A stretch of DNA of 48,217 nucleotides from Sandaracinaceae bacterium. GTDB taxonomy: Bacteria; Myxococcota_A; Polyangia; Polyangiales; Sandaracinaceae. A program made the position numbers and the translations under genes. The stretch lies in the NCBI GenBank assembly GCA_044220955.1, contig JBGAQA010000048.1:1-48217 (forward strand). The letters run 5' to 3'. Position 1 is the first letter of the stretch; each line of letters begins with the position of its first letter. A model generated the notes under the pieces. It did not search any database, had not been told where the DNA came from, and saw only the letters and a list, made by a program, of their open reading frames with translations. Below, piece by piece: positions 21,701 through 29,031 of this stretch.

Positions 21701-22479
21701 CGAGCGCGATGTTCACCGTCACGCTCGATCTGCCGGCGGGCGCGGCGGGTCAGTCGATCGCGCTGTCGGAGACCACGGGCGGGACGCTCCCCTCGATGGT
21801 GCTCGTTCCGGCCGACGCGCTCGAGGCGAGCTTCACGTTCGTGGCCGGAGCCGGGGCGGCCACGGGCACGCTGACCGCGAGCGGCCTCGGAGTGCGCACG
21901 GCGGCGCTCACCATCCTCGCGGGCCCGCCGCCGCACCTCGTGATCAACGAGGTCGACTACGACCAGCCCGGCTCGACGGCCGACTCGATGGAGTACGTCG
22001 AGATCTACAACCCGTCGGGCGTGGCGCTCTCGCTCGCGGGGCTCTCGCTCGTGCTCGTCAACGGCGGCCTCTCGCCTCCGGCCGCCTACACGACCGTGGA
22101 CCTCTCGAGCGTCGTCGACGTGCCGGCGCACGGCTACCTGGTCGTCGGCTCGGCCGCGCTGCTCGCCACCATCACCGCCGATCGCGAGATCGCGCTGACC
22201 GGTACCACCAACCTCGTCCAGAACGGCCCCACGGACGGCGTCGCGATCTACGACGCGAGCACGATGACCCTGGTGGACGCGCTCGCGTACGAAGGCGCGC
22301 TCACCATGTGCACCATCAGCGGGCACACGTTCTCGCTCGTCGAAGGCACGGCGGCGCCGGCGACGCGGATCGATCCAGGGAACGGCTCGCTCGCACGCAT
22401 CCCGAACGGAAGCGACACGAACGACGCCAACACCGACTGGGCCGTCGCCGCGACGTCCACGCCGGGCGCTACGAACTGA
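18784..22479 (+). CDS. Large lipoprotein: amidohydrolase + TSP3 Ca-binding repeats + OB-fold/Ig-like region + lamin-tail domain
   Basis: Lipobox LAGC. PGLVNAHEH, HIAEG, IHGVGL and ALGSDW metal ligands. DxDGDG..D..DNCP repeats. GVVTAV...GFFMQ...YSGVFVY OB-like segment. HLVINEVDYDQPG...EYVEIYN...TPG lamin-tail domain. Confidence 0.87.
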   Translation: MLARRLGLSLTLLVTLALAGCPGNPNMPGTDGGSRDVGPPSDGGGSDSGTMMMSTITLCPGDATPPLASGVCEVSGAGPGLLIQGDILAPHEVFRGGQVFVDSTGTIACVGCDCSSSPGASAATRVTCPNGVVSPGLVNAHEHLASQGLPPVRTDERYEHRSDWRDRDGAHTHLSGPNARMPDVNVPWGELRMVLGGATSINGQVTPATMTAVRGLLRNLDDQPTEEGLMRSAAHYDTFPLDDFSTYLQIATGCDGYSTRRRTASDIARDSAYTPHIAEGIGATARNEFLCQSAGAYDLIQPQTAMIHGVGLLPVDMQQMAVDGATLIWSPRSNVSLYGDTARVVEYDRMGVPIALGSDWIYTGSMNMLREMQCADELNATYYDGYFSDESLWRMATYNGALALGFEDVLGSIVVGQVADLAIFDGAMHVDHRAVIDAAPGDVALVLRSGVPLYGEDGVVLGIPTGGTDCETLDVCGEARRACVMRETGMTLAALTAANAGMYPLFDCDPTPMNEPTCHPSRDGMGSFPMPSQMGSTVYSGMTSASDVDGDGIENAMDDCPRVFNPVRPMDMGVQADSDMDGLGDSCDPCPLAASTTTCGTVDPNDRDGDMVVDTVDNCPMTPNTDQADTDADLHGNACDPCPTTANPGAALCPASIYSVQMGTTAVGARVQLHGVVTAVGTTGFFMQVETTDADYTVPDYSGVFVYTTTAPTVAPGATVRVDGTVSTFGGEIQITTPSVTMVGTGTIPAPVAVAAAAVATGGARARALEGVLATVTNVTVSDVAPAPGAGDTAPTNEFAVDAMLRVDDLLFALSPFPVVGETFAAITGVVALRNGNSKLLPRSAADVVAGPSRLVGFSPTPSFTRVGRTDAPTFPMPLSVRLTRPSTTPTTVAVTVTSGGAALTVTGGGVTIPAGMVSAPVVLTGVSQAADVTLTATLGADSLPAHVRVLGASEVPTSFTLSPTTATLMTGASAMFTVTLDLPAGAAGQSIALSETTGGTLPSMVLVPADALEASFTFVAGAGAATGTLTASGLGVRTAALTILAGPPPHLVINEVDYDQPGSTADSMEYVEIYNPSGVALSLAGLSLVLVNGGLSPPAAYTTVDLSSVVDVPAHGYLVVGSAALLATITADREIALTGTTNLVQNGPTDGVAIYDASTMTLVDALAYEGALTMCTISGHTFSLVEGTAAPATRIDPGNGSLARIPNGSDTNDANTDWAVAATSTPGATN

Positions 22480-23377
22480 CGTCCCGGCTCGCCGCGATCG
22501 CCGAACGGAGCCGGGACGGGGCTCCGATCGCGCGGGCGCCGTACCAGAACAGGTCTCTGCCGTCGACGTGCAGGACGCGGGTGCCCGGGGACGCCACCGC
22601 GCGGATCTCGTCCGCGTCGCCGGCGGTGAACCGGTACGGCTCGTCCGGAAGGAGCACGAGGTCGGGGCGGAGCGCGAGCGCCTCCTCGAGCCGCATCCGC
22701 GGGTAGCGGGTGTCGCGCTCGGGCGCGACGCGCGCGGGGGCCGTCTCCCCGAGATCGGCGGCGAGCGGATGGCGGCGAGCGCGCGCCGCGGCGACGTTCT
22801 CGATCCCGGCGTGCGCGAGCACGTCGGAGGCGAACGTCCGCCCGTCGAAGGTCATCCACGGGTCACGCCAGATCGGCACCCACGCCCGCGCGACGCGGGG
22901 CGGGGGATCGTCGCGCAGCCGCGCGAGCTCGTCGCGCGCGCGCTCGAGCCGCGGGTCACGCTCCGGATCGAGACCGAGCAACGCCGCGAGAGACGTGAGG
23001 TAGTCGACCGACTGCGGCAGCGTCCGCGGGAAGCTGACGTGGACGCGCAGCCCGGCCGCGATGAGCCGCTCGACGTCGCGCCGCGTGTTCTCCTCCTGGT
23101 TGGCGAGCACGAGGTCTGGTCGCAGGTCGCGCACCGCGTCGACGTCGACGTCCTTCGTGCCGCCGACGTCCGGGACGCCCTCGATCGCCCCCGCCGGCTC
23201 GATGCAGTAGCGGGTGCGGCCGACCAGGCGGCCGAGCCCTCCGAGCACCGCCACCGACTCGGTCTCGCTGGGGACGATCGACACGATCCGGGCGGCGACG
23301 GGCGTCAGCGCGACCCGCCGGCCGAGCGCGTCGACCACCGCGCTCTGGCGCCGGCTTCGCACGGTGTGTGATACCAT
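22469..23377 (-). CDS. Helical-backbone metal receptor (BtuF/TroA-like)
   Basis: DALGR...RIVSIVPSETE...LVGRTRYC..P, VGGTK, PDLVLANQEEN, LLPDEPYRF, VDG..LFWYG. Start uncertain (23377 or GTG 23362). No obvious signal peptide. Confidence 0.85.
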   Translation of the reverse strand: MVSHTVRSRRQSAVVDALGRRVALTPVAARIVSIVPSETESVAVLGGLGRLVGRTRYCIEPAGAIEGVPDVGGTKDVDVDAVRDLRPDLVLANQEENTRRDVERLIAAGLRVHVSFPRTLPQSVDYLTSLAALLGLDPERDPRLERARDELARLRDDPPPRVARAWVPIWRDPWMTFDGRTFASDVLAHAGIENVAAARARRHPLAADLGETAPARVAPERDTRYPRMRLEEALALRPDLVLLPDEPYRFTAGDADEIRAVASPGTRVLHVDGRDLFWYGARAIGAPSRLRSAIAASRDVSS

Positions 23378-23428
23378 GCGCTCGCCCGCGAACGTGATGT
23401 TGGTACGCGCGCGGGTGACTGGGTCGAG

Positions 23429-23902
23429 ATGGCGACGGACGTGAAGCAGTTGAAAGCGGACCTCACCGCGGCCGGGATCGAGATCTACCGAACGAAGAAG
23501 ACGGAGATCCACGTCGCCGAGCGTCTCCGGCTCCACATCATGGACTCCGGCATCCGACTGCAGATCCTGGAGACGGGCGCGGGCGAGGACGGCCCGAGCA
23601 GCTCGCCGACCGGCGAGCGGCTGAGGATCACGTTCACCGCGCGCTCGCAGCGCTCGGACTTCCCCGACTCGGACGACGCCGTGCTCTTCGAGAAGGTGCG
23701 GAGCGCGCTGGGCCCGACCGCCACCGCCCGCGGGTTCGCGGAGGCGGGGGCGGCCGCCGTCGAGGTGAAGGACCCCATGGACGCCGCACACGTCCTCGAC
23801 GTCTGGCACGAGGTGACGTACCAGAAGGAGACGGGCGACACGGGCGCCGCGGTGGACGAGATCCGCTGGGCGCTCGGCCTCGAGCGCTACATCCACGACT
23901 GA
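23429..23902 (+). CDS. Conserved hypothetical protein
   Basis: 157-aa ORF with strong GC3 bias and natural composition (AERLRLHIMDSGIR...FTARSQRSDF...DVWHEV). Family not recognised. Confidence 0.8.
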   Translation: MATDVKQLKADLTAAGIEIYRTKKTEIHVAERLRLHIMDSGIRLQILETGAGEDGPSSSPTGERLRITFTARSQRSDFPDSDDAVLFEKVRSALGPTATARGFAEAGAAAVEVKDPMDAAHVLDVWHEVTYQKETGDTGAAVDEIRWALGLERYIHD

Positions 23903-23903
23903 T

Positions 23904-23937
23904 GCCGCGATCGCGCCCCACGGGCGGCGGTCGCGGT
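23904..23937. terminator. GC-rich hairpin between convergent genes (likely bidirectional terminator)
   Basis: CCGCGATCGC (23905-23914) pairs with GCGGTCGCGG (23927-23936), with inner GCCC-CAC-GGGC. No U-tract. Confidence 0.5.
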
Positions 23938-23941
23938 CACG

Positions 23942-24154
23942 TCAGTCGACTCGAACGACCTTCTCGGCCAGAGGGCCCTTCGGTCCGTCGCGGAGCTCGA
24001 ACTTCACGACCTCGCCTTCGCGCAGCGTCCGGAAGCCGTCGCCGCTGATCTGCGAGTAGTGAACGAACACGTCCGGGCCAGCATCCTGGCGGATGAACCC
24101 CCAGCCCTTGGCGTTGTTGAACCACTTCACGGTGCCGTTGATCGTCGCGTTCAT
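23942..24154 (-). CDS. Cold-shock domain protein
   Basis: [15 protein letters not shown]...DVFVHYSQI...GFRTL.EG..V.F (RNP1/RNP2 motifs). SD GGGAGG upstream. Confidence 0.96.
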   Translation of the reverse strand: MNATINGTVKWFNNAKGWGFIRQDAGPDVFVHYSQISGDGFRTLREGEVVKFELRDGPKGPLAEKVVRVD

Positions 24155-24318
24155 CTTCGAGCCCTCCCACACTGCAGCCGACTGACGAGAGTTCGCACTC
24201 GCAAGAAAGCGCGCACCACCCCATCGGGCGCCCCGAAAAGCACACGCTCCGAGCGAGCGCTCGTGATGCGAGGCTCGCCCGGGCCGCTCCGCCACTCCTA
24301 CGGGCAGAGCCAAGAACC

Positions 24319-24345
24319 AAAAAAGAAGCCAGCCCGAAGGCTGGC
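24319..24345 (-). terminator. Intrinsic terminator
   Basis: Minus strand reads GCCAGCC-UUCG-GGCUGGC followed by UUCUUUUUU, just downstream of the stop at 24372. Confidence 0.8.
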
Positions 24346-24347
24346 CA

Positions 24348-24375
24348 ATCGTATTGAGATCGCGCGCCGGGTCAA
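24348..24375 (-). promoter_or_regulatory. Putative sigma70-type promoter for the cold-shock gene
   Basis: Minus strand TTGACC-N16-TACGAT. Would give a ~190-nt leader, typical of csp mRNAs. Confidence 0.45.
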
Positions 24376-26243
24376 GCCGGTTTGCGGAGATCGACCCCGT
24401 GGCGCGCGAAGAGGCGCACGAGACGCGGAAACGTGCCGTGAGCATGAACCAAGAGCCCATTTTCTGGGCCGTTGGGGACGACCTCGCGCGCGATCGCCGG
24501 ATCGGAAAGCAGGATCCTCCGGAGCTCGGCATCCGCGATCGGGACGAAGCGGACCACCTCGGTCGCCGTGACCACCGCGCGGGCGGGCGGGATCGCCGCC
24601 AGCGTGGCCTCGACCGTCGGCGGTGGACACCCGGCGCCCGCGAGCGAGGCTGCGAGCGCCTCACGATCGACCGAGAGCGGCGCGGCGCGCGCGGCGTCGA
24701 GCACCAGCACCAGCTCCGGGTCCAGCGCGGCGTGCGCCACCGGCGCGAGGGCCAGCGCGAGGGCGACGGGCGTCTCCGGGCCGAACCGAGCGCGGCTGCC
24801 GTCCCACCTCGGCTGCGCGGGCGTGCTCGGCTGCCGCTGCGGGGGCGGGAGCCCGCGCAGCGCGCGCGCGCCGAGGCGCACCGCACCGTCGTCTCCGACG
24901 TCGACGAGGCCGAGCGCGGGGAGCGAGACCCCGAGGATGAGCTCGATGGCGTGCTCGATCGACGGGCTCACGTCCGCCGGGGCGACGCGCGCGAGCTGAC
25001 GCAGGCCGAGCTCGATCCCCTCGGCGCGCAGATCGCTCCGCGCGGCGCGCACCACGTCCTCGCGACTCGCGAAGCGCCCGCGCGGCAGGCCCGCCAGCGC
25101 ATCGAGCGTCAGCTCGCGAAGGACGAGGATCCCCGTCGCGCCGAGCCGGCGCGCCGGGCGTGCCGGTGCGAGCCGCGTCTCGTCGCCGATCGCGCTCGTC
25201 CGGTACGCCGCCACGAGCATCGCCCCGACCTCGCCCATCCGCGCGCCCCGCAGCGGCAGCGTGCGTGCCAGCGCGACGAGCAGAGCGGCGCGCTCGGGCT
25301 CGACGTGCATCGCCCGCGCCACCCGCGCGAGGGCGGAGCGGCCCAGCGGACGCTCGACGTGGATCGGCTCCCCGGCCGCGATCAGCTCCACGAGCAGGCC
25401 GATCGCGAGCGGCCCGGGATCCGTGCCGAGGCGCGCGCGGAGCGTGTCCTCCTCGCGCGCCTCGACGCGCGCATGCACCTCGGCCTGCTGGCGCGCGAGC
25501 AGCTCGCGGCGCTCGCGCCCGACGATGCGCGCGACCTCGGTCGGGATCACGTAGCGATCGTGCCCGACCGGCACGACGAAGCCCGCGCCGAGCAGCGACT
25601 GTGCGACGCCCCGGAGCGGCAGGCCCGCGCCCACCGAGTAGCGCGCCGGCTCGCGCGCCAGCTCGAGGAGCGTGTCGCGGCTCACCTCGCCGCCCCGCGC
25701 CTCGATCGCGGCGAGCGCGAGCCGGTCGACCAGAGCGGCGGCCTCGACGTCCCGCGCGAGCAGCCTCGGATCCTCGACGCGCTCGAGCAGCTCGCCGAGC
25801 CCGAGCGGTCGGGGTCCACCCGCACGCGCGCGCAGGACCCCGTGGTGGAGCAGGCGAAGGGCCTCGTCGGGCAGGCGCGCGTAGAGCGCGCGCGCGGAGC
25901 GTGGATCCTCGCCGGGCGTCGCCGCGAGCTGGAGCCGGATGGCGGCCGGGCAGACGATCCGATCCCCCTCGGCGAAGGCCAGCCCCGCCTCGACCAGGGC
26001 GATGGCGCCACCACCCAGCTCCGCGCGCGGCAGCGCGCCGGGAGACGGGACGAGGCGGGCGAGCGCCGCCCGCGCCGAGCCCGGCAGGGCCGCGAGGCGC
26101 TCGCGCGGAACGACGCAGAGCACGCGCAGCGTCTGCTCGCTCGCCGACAGGATCTTGCGCGGATCGATGCGGGCGCCGCGCGCGGCGAGGAGCCGCTCGC
26201 GGGTCGTCTCGCTCAGCGCCTCGACGAGGTCGGCGAAGTTCAC
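24372..26243 (-). CDS. Hypothetical protein with C-terminal XPB/Ssl2-type helicase-associated-like domain
   Basis: GTG start [10 protein letters not shown]. Winged-helix-like repeats (LVEAGL, LLGAGFV, LPALGLV) and a C-terminus resembling Helicase_C_3 (..LAPVA......LD.......P.TVEATL....). No Walker motifs. Confidence 0.6.
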   Translation of the reverse strand: MNFADLVEALSETTRERLLAARGARIDPRKILSASEQTLRVLCVVPRERLAALPGSARAALARLVPSPGALPRAELGGGAIALVEAGLAFAEGDRIVCPAAIRLQLAATPGEDPRSARALYARLPDEALRLLHHGVLRARAGGPRPLGLGELLERVEDPRLLARDVEAAALVDRLALAAIEARGGEVSRDTLLELAREPARYSVGAGLPLRGVAQSLLGAGFVVPVGHDRYVIPTEVARIVGRERRELLARQQAEVHARVEAREEDTLRARLGTDPGPLAIGLLVELIAAGEPIHVERPLGRSALARVARAMHVEPERAALLVALARTLPLRGARMGEVGAMLVAAYRTSAIGDETRLAPARPARRLGATGILVLRELTLDALAGLPRGRFASREDVVRAARSDLRAEGIELGLRQLARVAPADVSPSIEHAIELILGVSLPALGLVDVGDDGAVRLGARALRGLPPPQRQPSTPAQPRWDGSRARFGPETPVALALALAPVAHAALDPELVLVLDAARAAPLSVDREALAASLAGAGCPPPTVEATLAAIPPARAVVTATEVVRFVPIADAELRRILLSDPAIAREVVPNGPENGLLVHAHGTFPRLVRLFARHGVDLRKPA

Positions 26244-26328
26244 GGAGCGCTGCTCTAGTACAACCGCGCGAAACTTCGATGCGCGCCGCGCGCTGGCCCT
26301 GGGCTGGAGCACCGGGTAGTCCGTCGTG

Positions 26329-27084
26329 GTGGAGCTCGCGGTGCTCGATCTCGAGACGACCGGGATCTCGGCCGCGAGCGATCGCATCGTCGAGATCGCG
26401 GTCGTGCGCACGCGCGGCCTGCTCGAGATCGAGCGCTGGTCGTCGCTGGTGCGGCCCGGCACGCCCGTCGGCGCCTCCGAGCGGGTCCACGGCATCTCGG
26501 ACGCGATGCTCGAGCGCGCTCCGCCGCTCTCGGAGCTAGGGGAACGCTTCGAGTCGATCACGCGAGGCGCGACGCTGGTGGCGCACCGCGCACCCTTCGA
26601 CCTCGCGTTCCTCGCCGCTGCGTCCGCGCGCGGTGAGCTCGCGAGCACCCCCGAGACGGCCATCGACACGGCCGCGGTCGCCGAGCGCGTCCTGGGGGAG
26701 TCGCGCCTGGCGGCGCTGGCCCGGCGCATCGAGGGGCGCGCTCCGAACCACCGCGCGCTGCCCGACGCGCTCGCGGCGCTCGACGCGCTCGCGGCGTGCG
26801 TCGAGATCCTGGGGCCGATCGACGCGGGGGAGCTCGTCACGCTCTCCGGGAGCCGCGCGTCGATGCGTGCGGCGGTGGCCTCGGTCCTTCGTCAGCCCGG
26901 CCCCGTCGGGATCGTGTACCGACCTGCGAGCGGCCGGGTCCACGAGGACGTGCTGGACGTGGAGTCCGTCGATCCGCCGTACGTGACCGGAACGCTGCGG
27001 AACAAGCGTGTCCGCCGCACGCTGCGGGGAGACCGCATCGTGCGCGCCTGGAGCGGCGAGCGCCCGGCGCTGCGTTTTTTTTGA
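26329..27084 (+). CDS. DEDDh 3'-5' exonuclease (DnaQ-like) with C-terminal WYL-like domain
   Basis: ExoI VLDLETTG, VHGI, ExoII AHRAPFD, ExoIII HRALPDA. Tail IVY...SG......V......V.G.....RRTLRGDRI. Start at 26326 or 26329. Confidence 0.85.
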   Translation: MELAVLDLETTGISAASDRIVEIAVVRTRGLLEIERWSSLVRPGTPVGASERVHGISDAMLERAPPLSELGERFESITRGATLVAHRAPFDLAFLAAASARGELASTPETAIDTAAVAERVLGESRLAALARRIEGRAPNHRALPDALAALDALAACVEILGPIDAGELVTLSGSRASMRAAVASVLRQPGPVGIVYRPASGRVHEDVLDVESVDPPYVTGTLRNKRVRRTLRGDRIVRAWSGERPALRFF

Positions 27085-27132
27085 CGATCCAGGGCCGGAT
27101 GCGGCATGCGTGGACGTGGGAGACAGACACCC

Positions 27133-28233
27133 ATGAGCGCACATCAGACTACCGACGCCTACGCCCGGCAACACGAGCTGAACGTCCGCATGCTCCGCTT
27201 CCGGCGCATGCCCGAGCGCGAGGAGCCGGCGCTCCTGGCCCGCGAGCTGCTGCAGGTCGGGCGCTACGCGGACGCGCTGGAGCTCACCGAGGCGGCCCTG
27301 CAGCACGACCCGGGCGATCCGGACCTCGAGCTGGTGCGTGCCCAGGCCTTGCTGGCCGCAGGGGAGACGCGCCGCGGCGAAGAGAGCCTCATCCGGGCGG
27401 CCAAGGCTGCGCCGCAGTGGGCAGCGCCACTGAGCGCGCTCACGCGCCTCTTGTCGGGTCGCGGCGACGAGACGCGCGCCCTGCGCGTCGCGCACCGCGC
27501 CCGGACGCTCGGCGCCGACGACACGATGGTGGGCCGCCTCGCCGAGAAGGAGGAGACGACCCGGCGCCTCGACGCCCGCCTCGCGCACTTCCGCGCCAGC
27601 GCGACGGCCGAGGAGCCCGTGATGCTCGCGCGAAGCCTCGAGCTCGCCGGGCGCAAGGACCAGAGCGTCGCCGTGCTCCGCGAGGCGCTCACGCGCGAGC
27701 CCGACGACGCCGACGCGCTCGCGGCCCTCGCTCGGATCGAGCGCGCCGACGGGCGGGCGAACGAGGCGGTGGAGCTCTACCGCCGCGCGCGCGCCCTGGC
27801 GCCAGGGTGGGAGACGGTCGAGCGCGCGCTGATGTCGCTCGTCGGCGTCGAGGTGCCGATCGAGGTGACCGCCCCCCGCGGGCGCTCGGCCTTTGGCGAC
27901 GAGCCCTCGGTCGTGGTCGACCAGGACGTGTACCGCGAGGCCCGCGCGCACGATCTCGACGCGCAGCTCGACGCGTTCCTCCGATCACCGGAGCGCTCGG
28001 ACGCGACCGCGCCCTACTCCCTCGAGCCCGACGAGGGGGAGGCGACGCTCGTGGGAGCACCGGCGGTCGCGAGCGCGTTCCGCCCCGAGCCGGTGGCGCC
28101 GACGACGGCGAGGCCGCGCCGGAGCACGAGCGGCTTCCCCACCCGCCCGATCAAGCGCAGCGCGATGGGCGCAGCTCCGAGCCCTGCGTACGTCCGGGTG
28201 CTCGCCGGCGACGCGCGCCGCCACGTCCTCTGA
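27133..28233 (+). CDS. Tetratricopeptide-repeat protein
   Basis: Repeated GR..(D/E)A......AL...P.D..(L/A) helix pairs followed by a disordered tail. Confidence 0.8.
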   Translation: MSAHQTTDAYARQHELNVRMLRFRRMPEREEPALLARELLQVGRYADALELTEAALQHDPGDPDLELVRAQALLAAGETRRGEESLIRAAKAAPQWAAPLSALTRLLSGRGDETRALRVAHRARTLGADDTMVGRLAEKEETTRRLDARLAHFRASATAEEPVMLARSLELAGRKDQSVAVLREALTREPDDADALAALARIERADGRANEAVELYRRARALAPGWETVERALMSLVGVEVPIEVTAPRGRSAFGDEPSVVVDQDVYREARAHDLDAQLDAFLRSPERSDATAPYSLEPDEGEATLVGAPAVASAFRPEPVAPTTARPRRSTSGFPTRPIKRSAMGAAPSPAYVRVLAGDARRHVL

Positions 28234-28263
28234 GCCCCGTTCCTGGCGGCGCCAGGTCCGGGC

Positions 28264-28962
28264 TCACCAGCAGCCGATCTCCATCACTTCCTCGGCGTTG
28301 TCTTCCTCGAGGTGCCCTTGGCGCGCCAGCTCGAGCGCCTCGGTGAGGGGGAGCGCGACGTAGATCTCGCGCTCGGCGTCCGAGCGCAGCGGGACGAGGC
28401 GCTCGCGCACGCCGAAGCGGTCGAGCAGCCCGTTGAGCGCCCGGACCAGGCCGCGCAGGGTGACGGCCTGTCCGTGCTTGGCCGCGTCGACCTCGCGCAG
28501 ATCGATCTCGCCCGTCTCGAGGTTCTCCTCGACGTCGTCGAGGAGCGCGGCGAAGTGCTCGCCCGCGCGCAGCACCAGCGGCCCCTCCGCACCGCCGCCG
28601 ATGCGCTCGAGCGCGATCTCGCCGAGCTCGGGCGCCAGAGCGCCCAGGTGGTTCAGCAGCGCGCTCGTGCCCGTCGCGTCGCTCGCGCGCTGGCAGAGGA
28701 AGCGATCGACGCTCCGTCGCGCGTGCGAGACCGCCTCGTCGCCGCCCGCCTCGTAGTAGGCCTCGATGATGTCGATTCGGCGCTCGATTCCCGGCTCGTC
28801 GCGCGCCCGGCGCGCCGCGCGCACCAGCTCCTCGCCCGACAGGTCCGGCGCGAGCCCGACCGCGCGCAGCGCATCGGCGAATTCCTGATCCTCGGGAGTC
28901 ACGGGGCCTGGAGGCGACGCGGGGCTGCGCGGCACGTGGGTCTCGGGGGGCGAGCTCTGCAT
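28264..28962 (-). CDS. Conserved hypothetical protein
   Basis: 232-aa ORF with coding-like codon bias, co-oriented downstream of the giant TPR gene. Family not recognised. Confidence 0.75.
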   Translation of the reverse strand: MQSSPPETHVPRSPASPPGPVTPEDQEFADALRAVGLAPDLSGEELVRAARRARDEPGIERRIDIIEAYYEAGGDEAVSHARRSVDRFLCQRASDATGTSALLNHLGALAPELGEIALERIGGGAEGPLVLRAGEHFAALLDDVEENLETGEIDLREVDAAKHGQAVTLRGLVRALNGLLDRFGVRERLVPLRSDAEREIYVALPLTEALELARQGHLEEDNAEEVMEIGCW

Positions 28963-29031
28963 GAGGCGAGGGCTGTCGATTCTGAGGCGTCGCGAAGCAG
29001 AGATCCAGACCGATCGCGTCGCCGCGGCGCG

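Noticed and set aside
27075..27082. T8 run at the exonuclease 3' end as a programmed frameshift or phase-variation site
   Set aside because: It covers only the final codons before the stop. At most it is part of a weak terminator, and nothing supports a fusion to the downstream TPR gene.
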